Translations under genes and position numbers: made by a program
Notes under the pieces: generated by a model
Told to the model about the DNA's origin: nothing
Database searches by the model: none
What the model saw: the letters and a program-made list of their open reading frames with translations, nothing else
In this document: piece by piece, positions 19,920 through 28,639 of the stretch
How the letters are laid out: every line of letters starts with the position of its first letter
Position numbering within the stretch: position 1 is the stretch's first letter
NCBI GenBank assembly: GCA_947623965.1
Contig: CANQIF010000011.1
Location: forward strand, 6,775-70,774
Reading direction: 5' to 3'
From: an uncultured Alistipes sp.
GTDB lineage: Bacteria > Bacteroidota > Bacteroidia > Bacteroidales > Rikenellaceae
DNA: 64,000 nt

Positions 19920-21431
19920 TTAGCAGAGCGCCTTGTTCAACATGTAATAAACTTCGTTCATGCGCAGCTCCTTTTTGAAGCCGGCGATGGTCGTCTCCTT
20001 GTCGATATGGATCATCTCGATCCCTGCGATCTCGGCGTAGTCTTCCCAGTATTCGGGCGTCAGGTCGTACGAGAAGCAGGAGTGGTGCGTGCCGCCGGCC
20101 AGGATCCAGGCGCCGGCGCCCACCTCGAAGTTGGGCATCGGGATCCACAGCGCCGAGGCGACGGGGAGTTTCGGCAGCGGTTTGGGCTCGATGCACTCCA
20201 CGTCGTTCACGATGAGGCGGAAGCGGTTGCCCATATCGACCACCGTAGCCGTGACGCCCTTGCCGACCTTCGACGTGAAGACGAGACGGGCCGTCAGGCT
20301 CTTGCGGACGCCGATTCCGAGGAAGTGGACCTCCAGGCGGGGACGCTGCGCAGCGATGAGCGGGCAGACCTCTAACATGTGCGATTGCAGGATGGCGCTC
20401 CGCTCGCCGGCGAAGTTGAGCGTGTAATCTTCGAGGAACGAGCACCCTTCGGGCAGCCCCTGCGACATGAACCAGATGGTGCGGTAGAGGGCGGCCGACT
20501 TCCAGTCGCCCTCGGCGCCGAAGCCGTATCCCTCGGCCATGAGGCGCTGCGAGGCGAGACCCGGGATCTGGTCGAACTCGCCCAGATCGTCGAAGTTCGT
20601 CGTGAAGCCCTTCGCCCCCTTGGCCTTCAGCACGGCGCGGAGCGTCAGTTCGGCCTTGGCGGCGTTCCACACCTTGCAGTAGGGTTCGCCGGCGCGATCC
20701 TCCAGGGAGGCGTCGTGGTCGTACTCCTTGAAGTAGGTCGCCACGAGGGCATCGACCTCGCTGTCGGCGATCTGGCGGAAGTACTCCATCATCTCGCTGA
20801 CGGGGCAGTAGTCTACATGGTAGCCCAGCCGCATCTCGGCCTCGACCTTGTCGCCGTCCGTGACGGCCACGTTGTTCATCTGGTCGCCGAAGCGCACGAT
20901 GAGCAGATCCTGCGAATCGGCCCAGGCTGCGGCTACGCGCTGCCATACGGCGATGTGCTCCAACGTCTTGCTGTCCTGCCAGTAGCCGACTACCACCTTG
21001 CGCGGCCGGCGCATGCGGGCCGTGATGTGGCCGAACTCGCGGTCGCCGTGGGCGCTCTGGTTCAGGTTCATGAAGTCCATGTCGATCTCGTTCCACGGAA
21101 TCTCGCGGTTGTATTGCGTGTGGAGGTGCAGCAACGGCTTCTTGAGCTCCTGCAACCCGTGAATCCACATCTTGGCGGGCGAGAAAGTGTGCATCCAGGT
21201 CATTACGCCGATGCACTTGTCATCGGCTTCGGCAGCCTTCATGATCGCCTTCACCTCCTTCGAGGAGTTGGCCGTGCCCTTGTAGACCACCTTCACGGGC
21301 AGCAGCCCCGAGGCGTTCATCCCCTTGACCATCTCCGTCGAATGGGCATCGACGGACTTGACGGCGTCGCCGCCGTATAAGAGCTGTGCTCCGGTTACGA
21401 ACCACACCTCGAAATTTTCGAATGCTTTCAT
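19920..21431 (-). CDS. araA: L-arabinose isomerase
   Basis: MKAFENFEVWFVTGAQLLYG start (CAT 21429-21431), 503 aa. The 18 upstream codons of the ORF-track model are probably not translated. Confidence 0.9.
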   Translation of the reverse strand: MKAFENFEVWFVTGAQLLYGGDAVKSVDAHSTEMVKGMNASGLLPVKVVYKGTANSSKEVKAIMKAAEADDKCIGVMTWMHTFSPAKMWIHGLQELKKPLLHLHTQYNREIPWNEIDMDFMNLNQSAHGDREFGHITARMRRPRKVVVGYWQDSKTLEHIAVWQRVAAAWADSQDLLIVRFGDQMNNVAVTDGDKVEAEMRLGYHVDYCPVSEMMEYFRQIADSEVDALVATYFKEYDHDASLEDRAGEPYCKVWNAAKAELTLRAVLKAKGAKGFTTNFDDLGEFDQIPGLASQRLMAEGYGFGAEGDWKSAALYRTIWFMSQGLPEGCSFLEDYTLNFAGERSAILQSHMLEVCPLIAAQRPRLEVHFLGIGVRKSLTARLVFTSKVGKGVTATVVDMGNRFRLIVNDVECIEPKPLPKLPVASALWIPMPNFEVGAGAWILAGGTHHSCFSYDLTPEYWEDYAEIAGIEMIHIDKETTIAGFKKELRMNEVYYMLNKALC

Positions 21432-21511
21432 ATCGAATCGTGTTTGTTTGTTGTTTGTCGTTTCAGTTTGTGTTGCGGCAGGCATTTGCCGGCTGCAGGT
21501 TTTTGCCCGAA

Positions 21512-22165
21512 TCCATCGCGTTGCGATTGGCGGGCCACAGTCGCAGGTCGGCGTCGAGGGTTTTGTGGCAAACTCGATTGCGGAGCAATCGGCAGCCCGC
21601 AGCCGCCCCCGGGCGGAGGGCTGCTCCTCTGCGTCGCAGGCCCATCCGCTCGGCTGCGGGCTGGTCCGGAGTTAAGATCGGTCCATTAGGCGCAGCCGCA
21701 CTTGGCGGAAGGTTGCATCCTCGCGCCGCTCGTGCAGGCCCGTCCGCTCGGCAGCGGGCAGGTCCGGGGTTAGGATCGGTCCGTCAGGACCGAGCGGGCC
21801 GCAGCTTCGCCCCGCGAAGGCCCGCTGCTCGCGTCTGCAAGTCCGCTCGCGCGTGCGCTTCGCAAGCTGCAGCCCGAGTGGATTTGTCGCACTTTATCGA
21901 TCGCGTCAGCGTCAGCGACGGCGGGTCGCAGCCGCTGGTCGGCGTCGAGGCGTTTTGCTGCGAACTCGATTGCGAAGCAATCGGCAGCCCGCAGCCGCTC
22001 CCGGGCGGAGGGCTGCTCCTCTGCGTCGCAGGCTCATCCGCTCGGCTGTGGGCTGGTCCGGAGTTAAGACCGGTCCGTCAGGACCGAGTGGTCCGCAGCT
22101 TCCGCCTGGCGGAGGCTTGCCGTCCGTACCCGAATCTCCGTGCCACCGCCCGGCTGCGCCCCGAT
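21512..22165. repeat. Mosaic GC-rich palindromic repeat cluster H (inside the ara operon)
   Basis: Same modules. Includes two roughly 139-bp near-identical direct copies (21547-21684 and 21938-22076) and GGTCC-GTCA-GGACC hairpins. Confidence 0.88.
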
Positions 22166-22180
22166 AGTCCGGCCCCTAAC

Positions 22181-22876
22181 CTACTTCTTGCTTTGCCCGT
22201 AGTAGGCGTTGGCGCCGTGCTTGCGCGAGTAGTGCTTCTCGATGAGCAGGTCGTTCATCGTGAGATTCGGGTTGATGAGGTAGGCGGCGAAGGCCATCTT
22301 GGCCACCTGCTCCATCACGACGGCGTTGTGCACCGCCTCGTGGCCGTCCTTGCCCCAGGCGAAGGGACCGTGGTTCTTGACCAGCACGCCCGGCGTGTGC
22401 ATCGGGTTCATCCCCGCCTCGACGAAGCGGCGGACGATCACCGTTCCCGTGTGCTTCTCGTATTCGCCCATCTGGTCGGCCGTCATGTCGGCCGTGCAGG
22501 GAATGGCGCGGTGGAAGTAGTCGGCGTGCGTCGTGCCGATGTTCGGAATGTCGCGCCCCGCCTGCGCCCACGCTACGGCGTAGGTCGAGTGGGTGTGGAC
22601 GATGCCCCCCACCTCCGGGAAGGCCTTGTAGATTTCGAGGTGCGTCGCCGTGTCGGACGATGGGCGCAGCGCCCCCTCGACGATGCGGCCTTCGAGATCG
22701 ACGACCACCATGTCCGACGGCTTCATCTCGTCGTAATCCACCCCGCTGGGCTTGATGACGACGAGCCCCCGCTCGCGGTCGATGGCCGAGACGTTGCCCC
22801 ACGTGAAGATCACCAATCCGTGTTTCACAAGGTCCAGATTCGCCTGGCAGACTTGTTCTTTGAGTGTTTCCAACAT
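22181..22876 (-). CDS. araD: L-ribulose-5-phosphate 4-epimerase
   Basis: Class II aldolase/adducin fold: [35 protein letters not shown]. 231 aa. Confidence 0.9.
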   Translation of the reverse strand: MLETLKEQVCQANLDLVKHGLVIFTWGNVSAIDRERGLVVIKPSGVDYDEMKPSDMVVVDLEGRIVEGALRPSSDTATHLEIYKAFPEVGGIVHTHSTYAVAWAQAGRDIPNIGTTHADYFHRAIPCTADMTADQMGEYEKHTGTVIVRRFVEAGMNPMHTPGVLVKNHGPFAWGKDGHEAVHNAVVMEQVAKMAFAAYLINPNLTMNDLLIEKHYSRKHGANAYYGQSKK

Positions 22877-22910
22877 AACGTGTTTCTTTTGACTGTTTCT
22901 GTTCGTTCCC

Positions 22911-23038
22911 GGGCCGCCGCCGGCCGCTTCCGTTGACCGCTCTGCCGGTCGCTCCCGTTGGTCGCTTCCGCCGGCCGCCGCCGGCCACTCTGCCGATCGC
23001 TTTCACCGGCCGCTTCCGCCGCCGCATGCCTTTCTGCC
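22911..23038. repeat. 12-13-bp periodic C/G-rich tandem tract (consensus about GGYCGCTYYCSYY, about 10 units)
   Basis: Units read by hand: GGCCGCTTCCGTT, GACCGCTCTGCC, GGTCGCTCCCGTT, GGTCGCTTCCGCC, GGCCGCCGCC, GGCCACTCTGCC, GATCGCTTTCACC, GGCCGCTTCCGCC. Lies 35-160 nt upstream of the araD start. Confidence 0.7.
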
Positions 23039-23073
23039 GGCTATCGCAGCACCCAAGCACCGGCCGACCCGGA

Positions 23074-23116
23074 TGAAAAAGGCCGTCCGTTCGGCGGAGG
23101 AGCCGCCGAACGGACG
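23074..23116 (-). terminator. Rho-independent terminator after the SSS transporter gene
   Basis: Perfect 14-bp stem CGTCCGTTCGGCGG / CCGCCGAACGGACG with a 5-nt loop. On the minus strand it is followed by GCCTTTTTC. Confidence 0.7.
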
Positions 23117-23123
23117 CAGCCTG

Positions 23124-25058
23124 TTACCAAAGGGTATAATAGAGTATCACGAGGATCGCCACCACGCCGAGAGCGCCCCAGTTGAAGGCGGCGTCCGAGC
23201 GGAATACGGCAAGGTCGATCTTCACGGCCTTCGGATCCTGCACCGGATCCTTGGCGTTCGACCGGAGATAGATGGTGATCGTCACGAAGAGGGCGCAGAG
23301 GAAGAAGAAAGCCTCGAAGCCGTAGTTGCGCATCGTGGGTTCGATCACGCCGATGATGCCGCAAACCAAGCTGACGAGGGCGCCGACCGTCGTTACGCGG
23401 CTCCAGAAGAGCTGCGTCTTCACGGTGTGTTCGTCGAGGCGGTCGGCCGGGACGGTCTTGCGGCTGCGCAGCGACATCCAGATGAAGATCGTCGCCAGGG
23501 CGATGAAGACGTAGCCCATGCGGAGCAGGAAAGGCACATCGGGCAGCAGGAACTTGAAGAGGATCGAGAAGGCGAAGGTGCCGATGGCCGCCACAACGGC
23601 AGCGGCGCCCGAGGCGCGCTTCCAGAGCAGGCCGAGACCGAAGATCACCACGACGCCCGGATAGACGAAGCCCGAGTACTCCTGGATGATCTGGAAGGCC
23701 TGGTCGGCGGCTCCCATGATCGGGTAGACGGCGATGAGGGCCAGCAGCAGGGCGGCAACCGACGTGAGCCGGCCGACCTGCACGAGCTTCGTGTCCGAAG
23801 CCTCCTTGTTGATGAACTGCTTGTAGATATCCATCGTGAAGATCGTTGAGGTCGAGTTGAACATCGAGGCGAGCGACGAGATGACGGCGGCGGCCAGCGC
23901 GGCGAACGAAAGCCCCTTGACGACGACCGGCGTGAAGTTGCGGATCAGGAAGGGATAGGCGTCGTCCGAACGGGTGATCTCGCCGGCCAGCGAGGCGTAG
24001 AGGTCGGGCTGCTGCGTGTAGATGTAGTAGGCGCAGACGCCCGGAATGCAGACGATGAAGGGGATGAGGATCTTGAGGAAGGCGGCGAAGATCATGCCCC
24101 GCTTGGCCTCCTTGAGCGACTTGGCGGCCAGACCCTTCTGGATGATGTACTGATTGAAGCCCCAGTAGCCGAGGTTCGTGAGCCACAGCGCGCCGACGAT
24201 CACCACGATGCCCGGGATGTCGAAGTAGGGATCGGAGGTGACGGCGGGGTAGAGGTCGGCATTGCGCGCCACGACGAGGTTGAAGTGCGTGTCGCCGGGG
24301 ACTGTGCCGAGCTTCGAGACGATCTCGCTCAGGGCGCCGAGGGCGCCGCCGTCGATGTGGACCTCGCTGGCGATGAAGTCGAGGGCGAAGTAGGCCGTGA
24401 TGAGGCCGCCGCCCACGAGGAAGGTCACCTGCATCACGTCGGTCCAGGCCACCGAGGCCAGACCGCCGTAGATCGAGTAGAGACCGGCGACGATGAAGAG
24501 GATCAGGATGATCATCATGAGGGTCATATCGATCGACATGCCGAGAAACATCGCGGGTGCGGCCGGGATGCCGAGGATCTGCTTGATGGCCAGGGCGCCG
24601 AGCCAGGCTACGGAGGTGAGGTTGATGAAGACGTAGAGGAAAAGCCAGAAGATCGAGAAGGAGAGGCCCACGCCCCAGTTGTAGCGCTCGCGCAGGAACT
24701 GCGGGATGGTGAAGATCTTGCGTTCGATCATGACGGGCAGCAGGAACTTGCCCACGACGATCAGCGTGGCGGCGGCCATGAGCTCGTAGGCCGCGATGGC
24801 GATGCCCGAGGCGTAGGCCGATCCGGACATGCCGATGAACTGTTCGGCCGAGATGTTCGCGGCGATGAGCGAGGCGCCCACGGCCCACCAGGTCAGCGTG
24901 TTGCCGGCCAGGAAGTAGTCGGTCGAGGATTTTTCCTTGCCATCCTTGCTGCGCGAGAGGAAAAAGCCCAGGCCGATCAGCAGGATGATGTAGAGTACGA
25001 AAATCGCGTAGTCGATCATCGCGAATCCGTTGTTCTGCAAAGCTTCAATCAGGTTCAT
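23124..25058 (-). CDS. sodium:solute symporter (SSS family, Na+/sugar cotransporter-like)
   Basis: 644 aa with about 14 hydrophobic segments, an SSS-type N-terminus (YFLAGNTLTWWAVGASLIAANISAEQFIGMSG), in an arabinose operon context. Confidence 0.8.
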   Translation of the reverse strand: MNLIEALQNNGFAMIDYAIFVLYIILLIGLGFFLSRSKDGKEKSSTDYFLAGNTLTWWAVGASLIAANISAEQFIGMSGSAYASGIAIAAYELMAAATLIVVGKFLLPVMIERKIFTIPQFLRERYNWGVGLSFSIFWLFLYVFINLTSVAWLGALAIKQILGIPAAPAMFLGMSIDMTLMMIILILFIVAGLYSIYGGLASVAWTDVMQVTFLVGGGLITAYFALDFIASEVHIDGGALGALSEIVSKLGTVPGDTHFNLVVARNADLYPAVTSDPYFDIPGIVVIVGALWLTNLGYWGFNQYIIQKGLAAKSLKEAKRGMIFAAFLKILIPFIVCIPGVCAYYIYTQQPDLYASLAGEITRSDDAYPFLIRNFTPVVVKGLSFAALAAAVISSLASMFNSTSTIFTMDIYKQFINKEASDTKLVQVGRLTSVAALLLALIAVYPIMGAADQAFQIIQEYSGFVYPGVVVIFGLGLLWKRASGAAAVVAAIGTFAFSILFKFLLPDVPFLLRMGYVFIALATIFIWMSLRSRKTVPADRLDEHTVKTQLFWSRVTTVGALVSLVCGIIGVIEPTMRNYGFEAFFFLCALFVTITIYLRSNAKDPVQDPKAVKIDLAVFRSDAAFNWGALGVVAILVILYYTLW

Positions 25059-25117
25059 TGTTTTGGTAGGACTGTTTTAATAGGTAGGATAGGTTGTTAA
25101 AAGGTGAGAATCCGGAT

Positions 25118-26263
25118 TTATTGGCGCACGCCGAAACGGAAGACGCAGTGGCTCCTGTAGGTCTCGCCCGGACGCAGCACGGCCGAGGGCCAGGCGGGTT
25201 TGTTGGGCGTGTCGGGGTACTTCTGCGTTTCGAGGCAGATGCCCGTGCGCTGGCGGTAGGTGATGCCGCGCTTGCCCGTCACGGTGCCGTCGAGGAAGTT
25301 GCCCGTGTAGACCTGCACGCCCGGTTCGGAGGTGTAGACCGTCAGCTCGATGCCGCTCGCGGGCGAGTAGAGTACGGCGGCCGGCTTCGTGTCGTCGCCG
25401 GCGGTGTTCAGCACCCAGTTGTGGTCATAGCCGTTGCCGTTGCGGAGCTGCTCGAAGTCGAAGTCGGCGATCTCGGCGCCGAGCGTCTTCGGCACGCGGA
25501 AGTCCATCGGCGTCCCCTCGACGGGCAGGATCTCGCCCGTGGTCATGTAGGTCGAATCGACGGGGGTGTAGCTGTCGGCGTTGAGCTGCAGAACGTCGTT
25601 GAGGACCGTTTTCGTCGGGTCGCCGCCGAGGTTGAAATAGGAGTGGTTGGTCATGTTGATGATCGTCGGGGCGTCGGTCACGGCCTCATAGGCGATGTCG
25701 ATCGCGTTGTCGTCGGTCAGCGTGTAGGTGACCTTCGCCGTGACGGCTCCCGGGAACTGCGCGTCGCCGGCGGGCGAATGGAGCGTCAGCACCAGTACGT
25801 TGTCGGCCGTCTGCTCGGCTTCGTAGATGCGGTACTGCCAGCCGTCGGGACCGCCGTGCAGGCAGTGGCCGAAGTTGTTCTTCGGGAGGTCGTAGGTCAC
25901 GCTGTCGAGCGTGAAGCGGCCCTGGGCGATGCGGTTGGCGTAGCGGCCGATCGAGGCGCCGAAGTCGGAGGGAATGTTGCGGTAGTCCTCGATGTTGTCG
26001 AAGCCGAGGACGACATCCTGCAGGACGCCGTTGCGGTCTGGCACCATCACCGAGACGATGCGGCCGCCGAAGGAGGTGATGCAGACCTCCGTGCCGGCGG
26101 CGTTGACGAGGGTGTAGAGGTCGGTGGTGCGGTCGCCGACGACGGCCTGGAAGTCGGAGCGCAGCAGCCCCGAGCGGGTCGGCTGCTCTCCGTTGCAGCT
26201 GCAGAAGCCCGCAACGAACGCGCCTGCCGCCAGAACCGGCAGCGCGGAAAAGAGACGTTTCAT
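25118..26263 (-). CDS. galM: aldose 1-epimerase (mutarotase), secreted or lipoprotein form
   Basis: Signal peptide/lipobox (...VAGFCSC), then mutarotase motifs GGRIVSV, GFDN, NHSYFNL, CLETQ.YPD. Confidence 0.85.
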   Translation of the reverse strand: MKRLFSALPVLAAGAFVAGFCSCNGEQPTRSGLLRSDFQAVVGDRTTDLYTLVNAAGTEVCITSFGGRIVSVMVPDRNGVLQDVVLGFDNIEDYRNIPSDFGASIGRYANRIAQGRFTLDSVTYDLPKNNFGHCLHGGPDGWQYRIYEAEQTADNVLVLTLHSPAGDAQFPGAVTAKVTYTLTDDNAIDIAYEAVTDAPTIINMTNHSYFNLGGDPTKTVLNDVLQLNADSYTPVDSTYMTTGEILPVEGTPMDFRVPKTLGAEIADFDFEQLRNGNGYDHNWVLNTAGDDTKPAAVLYSPASGIELTVYTSEPGVQVYTGNFLDGTVTGKRGITYRQRTGICLETQKYPDTPNKPAWPSAVLRPGETYRSHCVFRFGVRQ

Positions 26264-26528
26264 GAGTATGGTTAGGTTTTGGTTTTCGGCTTTGTACGCG
26301 TTTCGTGCGCGTTCATTCGTTCAAATGTACGAAATTCCGGCCGAACGGCCAAATTTTTTTCGGATTTATTCCGCCCTCGGGCCTCACCGGCCCTCTTCCC
26401 GCCCTCTTTTGCGACCCCGATTTGCCTATGATGCCGGCGCGGGTTTCGGCATCGCCTGCCGGTCGCATCCGCTCCGGATGAAAAAATATTTTTTTTGGAG
26501 AAACAGTTGTAAAAATAGGATGATTGAT

Positions 26529-26536
26529 TATATTTG
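26529..26536 (+). promoter_or_regulatory. -7 box TATATTTG for the orphan two-gene operon
   Basis: Exact TAnnTTTG in the AT-rich divergent region, about 90 nt upstream of ATG 26627. Confidence 0.45.
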
Positions 26537-26559
26537 TGTTCAAAATGATTGCAAACAAT

Positions 26560-26600
26560 GCGGCCATCGTAGATAAATGCGATGCCGCCGGTCTTTTTTT
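26560..26600 (+). terminator. terminator-like hairpin plus T7 run inside the 5' leader of the orphan operon (possible attenuator)
   Basis: GCGGC(C)ATCG / CGATGCCGC stem with a 10-nt loop (TAGATAAATG) and one bulged C, then CGGTC and TTTTTTT (26594-26600). Located 27 nt before the ATG. Confidence 0.4.
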
Positions 26601-26626
26601 CGAACCAAACTTAACGATACTTTGCT

Positions 26627-28627
26627 ATGAATGCTCGTGATGTCAGAATCGATCCCTGCATTTCGGGGATGGCACAGCTGCTGTACGGCGGATTTACCTT
26701 TCCGCACGGCCGAACGACCGTGATCGCCGTGGCAGGCGGTCCGAATTGCGAAACATCCTTTTTCGGGCTGCAGCTGCTTTACCGGCTCGGCTTGCAGTTG
26801 GGCGTGACGCCGCAATACTGTTCGGCGATGCGCGACGTCTCCTTCTCGGAGGATTTGATCCTCGATATGACGATCTCTTCCTGCATCCGGCAGATGACGC
26901 AGCGGTACATCCAGAACGGCATGTCCGACGCGCTGCGGTTGGTGGATTTCTTTTTCGATGTCGATCATCTTTCGCCGCTGATCGACCTGCAGGCTCTCGG
27001 CATCGCCGATCTGAAACGGAATGCCGACGAGATGCTTTGCAAGGGGATCCTGCATTACAGCAATCGGACGAACGCCCTGCATATCCGAACGCTGAAAGGT
27101 ATCAGCGATGAGGAAAACCTGCTTTTCAGGCGGCGCTACGAAACGCTGAACGACTATTTTGCGTTCGGGGATCCCGCAGAGATCGAACGGATCAACCGAA
27201 GCCTCGACCGACAGTGCGGCCGGATCGATATCATTCCGTATACCTGTGCGGCCCAGGAACCGGACGCGTTCGGCCCGAAAGTCCTGTCGGCGGTCTCCGC
27301 CTTCGAGCCGGATCCGACGACACGGGACTACTACGGCCGGCTGCTGAAGTACATGAAGGCGCTTCGGGAGATGCCGGTCGGACGCAGCGACGCGCAGGTG
27401 GTCATTCTGGTGCTCGATGACCGGAAGCAGGTGCCGGAGCATTTGGCCGATATCGTGATCCGCATGGAGAATATCGTCTCATCGGACTATTCGATCCAGC
27501 AGCTGCGGATCGACAAGTGCGACATCCAGGGTGCCAAATTGGGCTGGCATCAATACAAGCGGCGCGATTACGGCATCGAGATCTATCCGAGCCTTCATAC
27601 TTATTTCGCCAAGCGCCGCTATCTGGAACGGGCGCTGGCCTACACCCATTCGAACGTCGTGACCGATACGTTCCAGGAATATCTGGAGCACAGCCGGAGA
27701 CATCACCACGCAACGATCCGTTACGACCACTACGATGCCCACGACCGCTATCTGGAGGCGATGTTCCCGGACGATTTCCTCGAATATACGCCTGAGGAGG
27801 TTTTCAACATGATTCTGCTCGACAGCGAACGGAACGAGGAGGTCGTGTCGGATCGGAATGCGGACGAACGCTCGTCTCGCGAGATCCGCTTCGGCGGCGG
27901 AACGGGCGAGGTGACGGGTATCATCGGCGAGCCCAATACCTTCAAACGGTTCCTTGCCTACGGCAGCATGTTCAGCACGGCGGTAAGGGACGAGCACACA
28001 ATGATCGTTACGCTGCACCAGGAGGTTCCCGTGATTTGCCGGCAGCTGCCCTGCCCGGCCTGCATCCGCAACCGCCGGAAGCGAAGCCGCTGCGAGAGCT
28101 GCCTTGAACACATCCATTTCATGAACTTCAATATCGGCTGCATCACGCCCAGCGAGTTCATCCACTATTTCGTGCAGCAGATCGACGTGCCGTTCCGGGA
28201 CGGGAAACGGGTCCGGCGGATTATTCTGGACAATCTGCAGGTCGTCGACTTCTGCTTCCCGCTGTTGAAGCAAAGCGAGCTCTTTCTTCCTGCGCTCATG
28301 ACCGTGTGCCGCGAACGCAACATTTCGCTCTATCTGTTGTGCGACAAGCACGGCGAACTGGTGGATGCCGTGCGGACGCTGGTGGACAACATCATCTGTA
28401 CGGAGCGGACCGGGGAGAAGGAATTGAAGCTCTACGTCGAACGTTTCGCGCGCTACAATCTTTCGCCCAGCAAAATCTATTGTGCCGAGATCGAACCTGT
28501 GAAAGAGCTGTTTTCGTGCCGCGAGATCTATCACCACGACGACCAGCGCACCATTCAATTCGAACTGGAGCCCGATGTGATCGAGGCGTGCCCGACGCAC
28601 ACGATGGGAGATTATTGGAACCGATAA
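26627..28627 (+). CDS. 666-aa protein with two KaiC/RecA-like domains, both with degenerate P-loops, and a Cys cluster in domain 2; family unknown
   Basis: Domain 1: RIDPCISGMAQLLYGGFTFPHGRTTVIAVAGGPNCETS (KaiC-type xGxxxLDxLLGGGxxxGxxxLIxGxPGxGKT pattern with GKT lost), Walker-B-like VVILVLDD, and distal LRIDKCDIQGAKLGWHQYKRRDYGIEIYP. Domain 2: GGGTGEVTGIIGEPNTFKR, RRIILDN, ISLYLLCDKHG, LKLYVERFARYNLSPSKIYCAEI. Cys cluster CRQLPCPACIRNRRKRSRCESC. Confidence 0.6.
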   Translation: MNARDVRIDPCISGMAQLLYGGFTFPHGRTTVIAVAGGPNCETSFFGLQLLYRLGLQLGVTPQYCSAMRDVSFSEDLILDMTISSCIRQMTQRYIQNGMSDALRLVDFFFDVDHLSPLIDLQALGIADLKRNADEMLCKGILHYSNRTNALHIRTLKGISDEENLLFRRRYETLNDYFAFGDPAEIERINRSLDRQCGRIDIIPYTCAAQEPDAFGPKVLSAVSAFEPDPTTRDYYGRLLKYMKALREMPVGRSDAQVVILVLDDRKQVPEHLADIVIRMENIVSSDYSIQQLRIDKCDIQGAKLGWHQYKRRDYGIEIYPSLHTYFAKRRYLERALAYTHSNVVTDTFQEYLEHSRRHHHATIRYDHYDAHDRYLEAMFPDDFLEYTPEEVFNMILLDSERNEEVVSDRNADERSSREIRFGGGTGEVTGIIGEPNTFKRFLAYGSMFSTAVRDEHTMIVTLHQEVPVICRQLPCPACIRNRRKRSRCESCLEHIHFMNFNIGCITPSEFIHYFVQQIDVPFRDGKRVRRIILDNLQVVDFCFPLLKQSELFLPALMTVCRERNISLYLLCDKHGELVDAVRTLVDNIICTERTGEKELKLYVERFARYNLSPSKIYCAEIEPVKELFSCREIYHHDDQRTIQFELEPDVIEACPTHTMGDYWNR

Positions 28628-28639
28628 AAGAGCAAAACG

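Noticed and set aside
26313-26567. Small ORFs in the galM / orphan-operon divergent region (26313-26567 minus, 26124-26576 plus)
   Set aside because: They have no motifs, overlap the promoter region and each other, and their composition looks non-coding. I treat them as noise, though a small RNA or peptide cannot be excluded.
26627-28627. Calling the 666-aa protein a functional circadian-clock-type KaiC ATPase
   Set aside because: Both Walker A motifs are non-canonical (GGPNCETS, GEPNTFKR), no catalytic Glu pair is evident after the Walker B-like strands, and there is no kaiA or kaiB context. Only the fold-level resemblance is retained.
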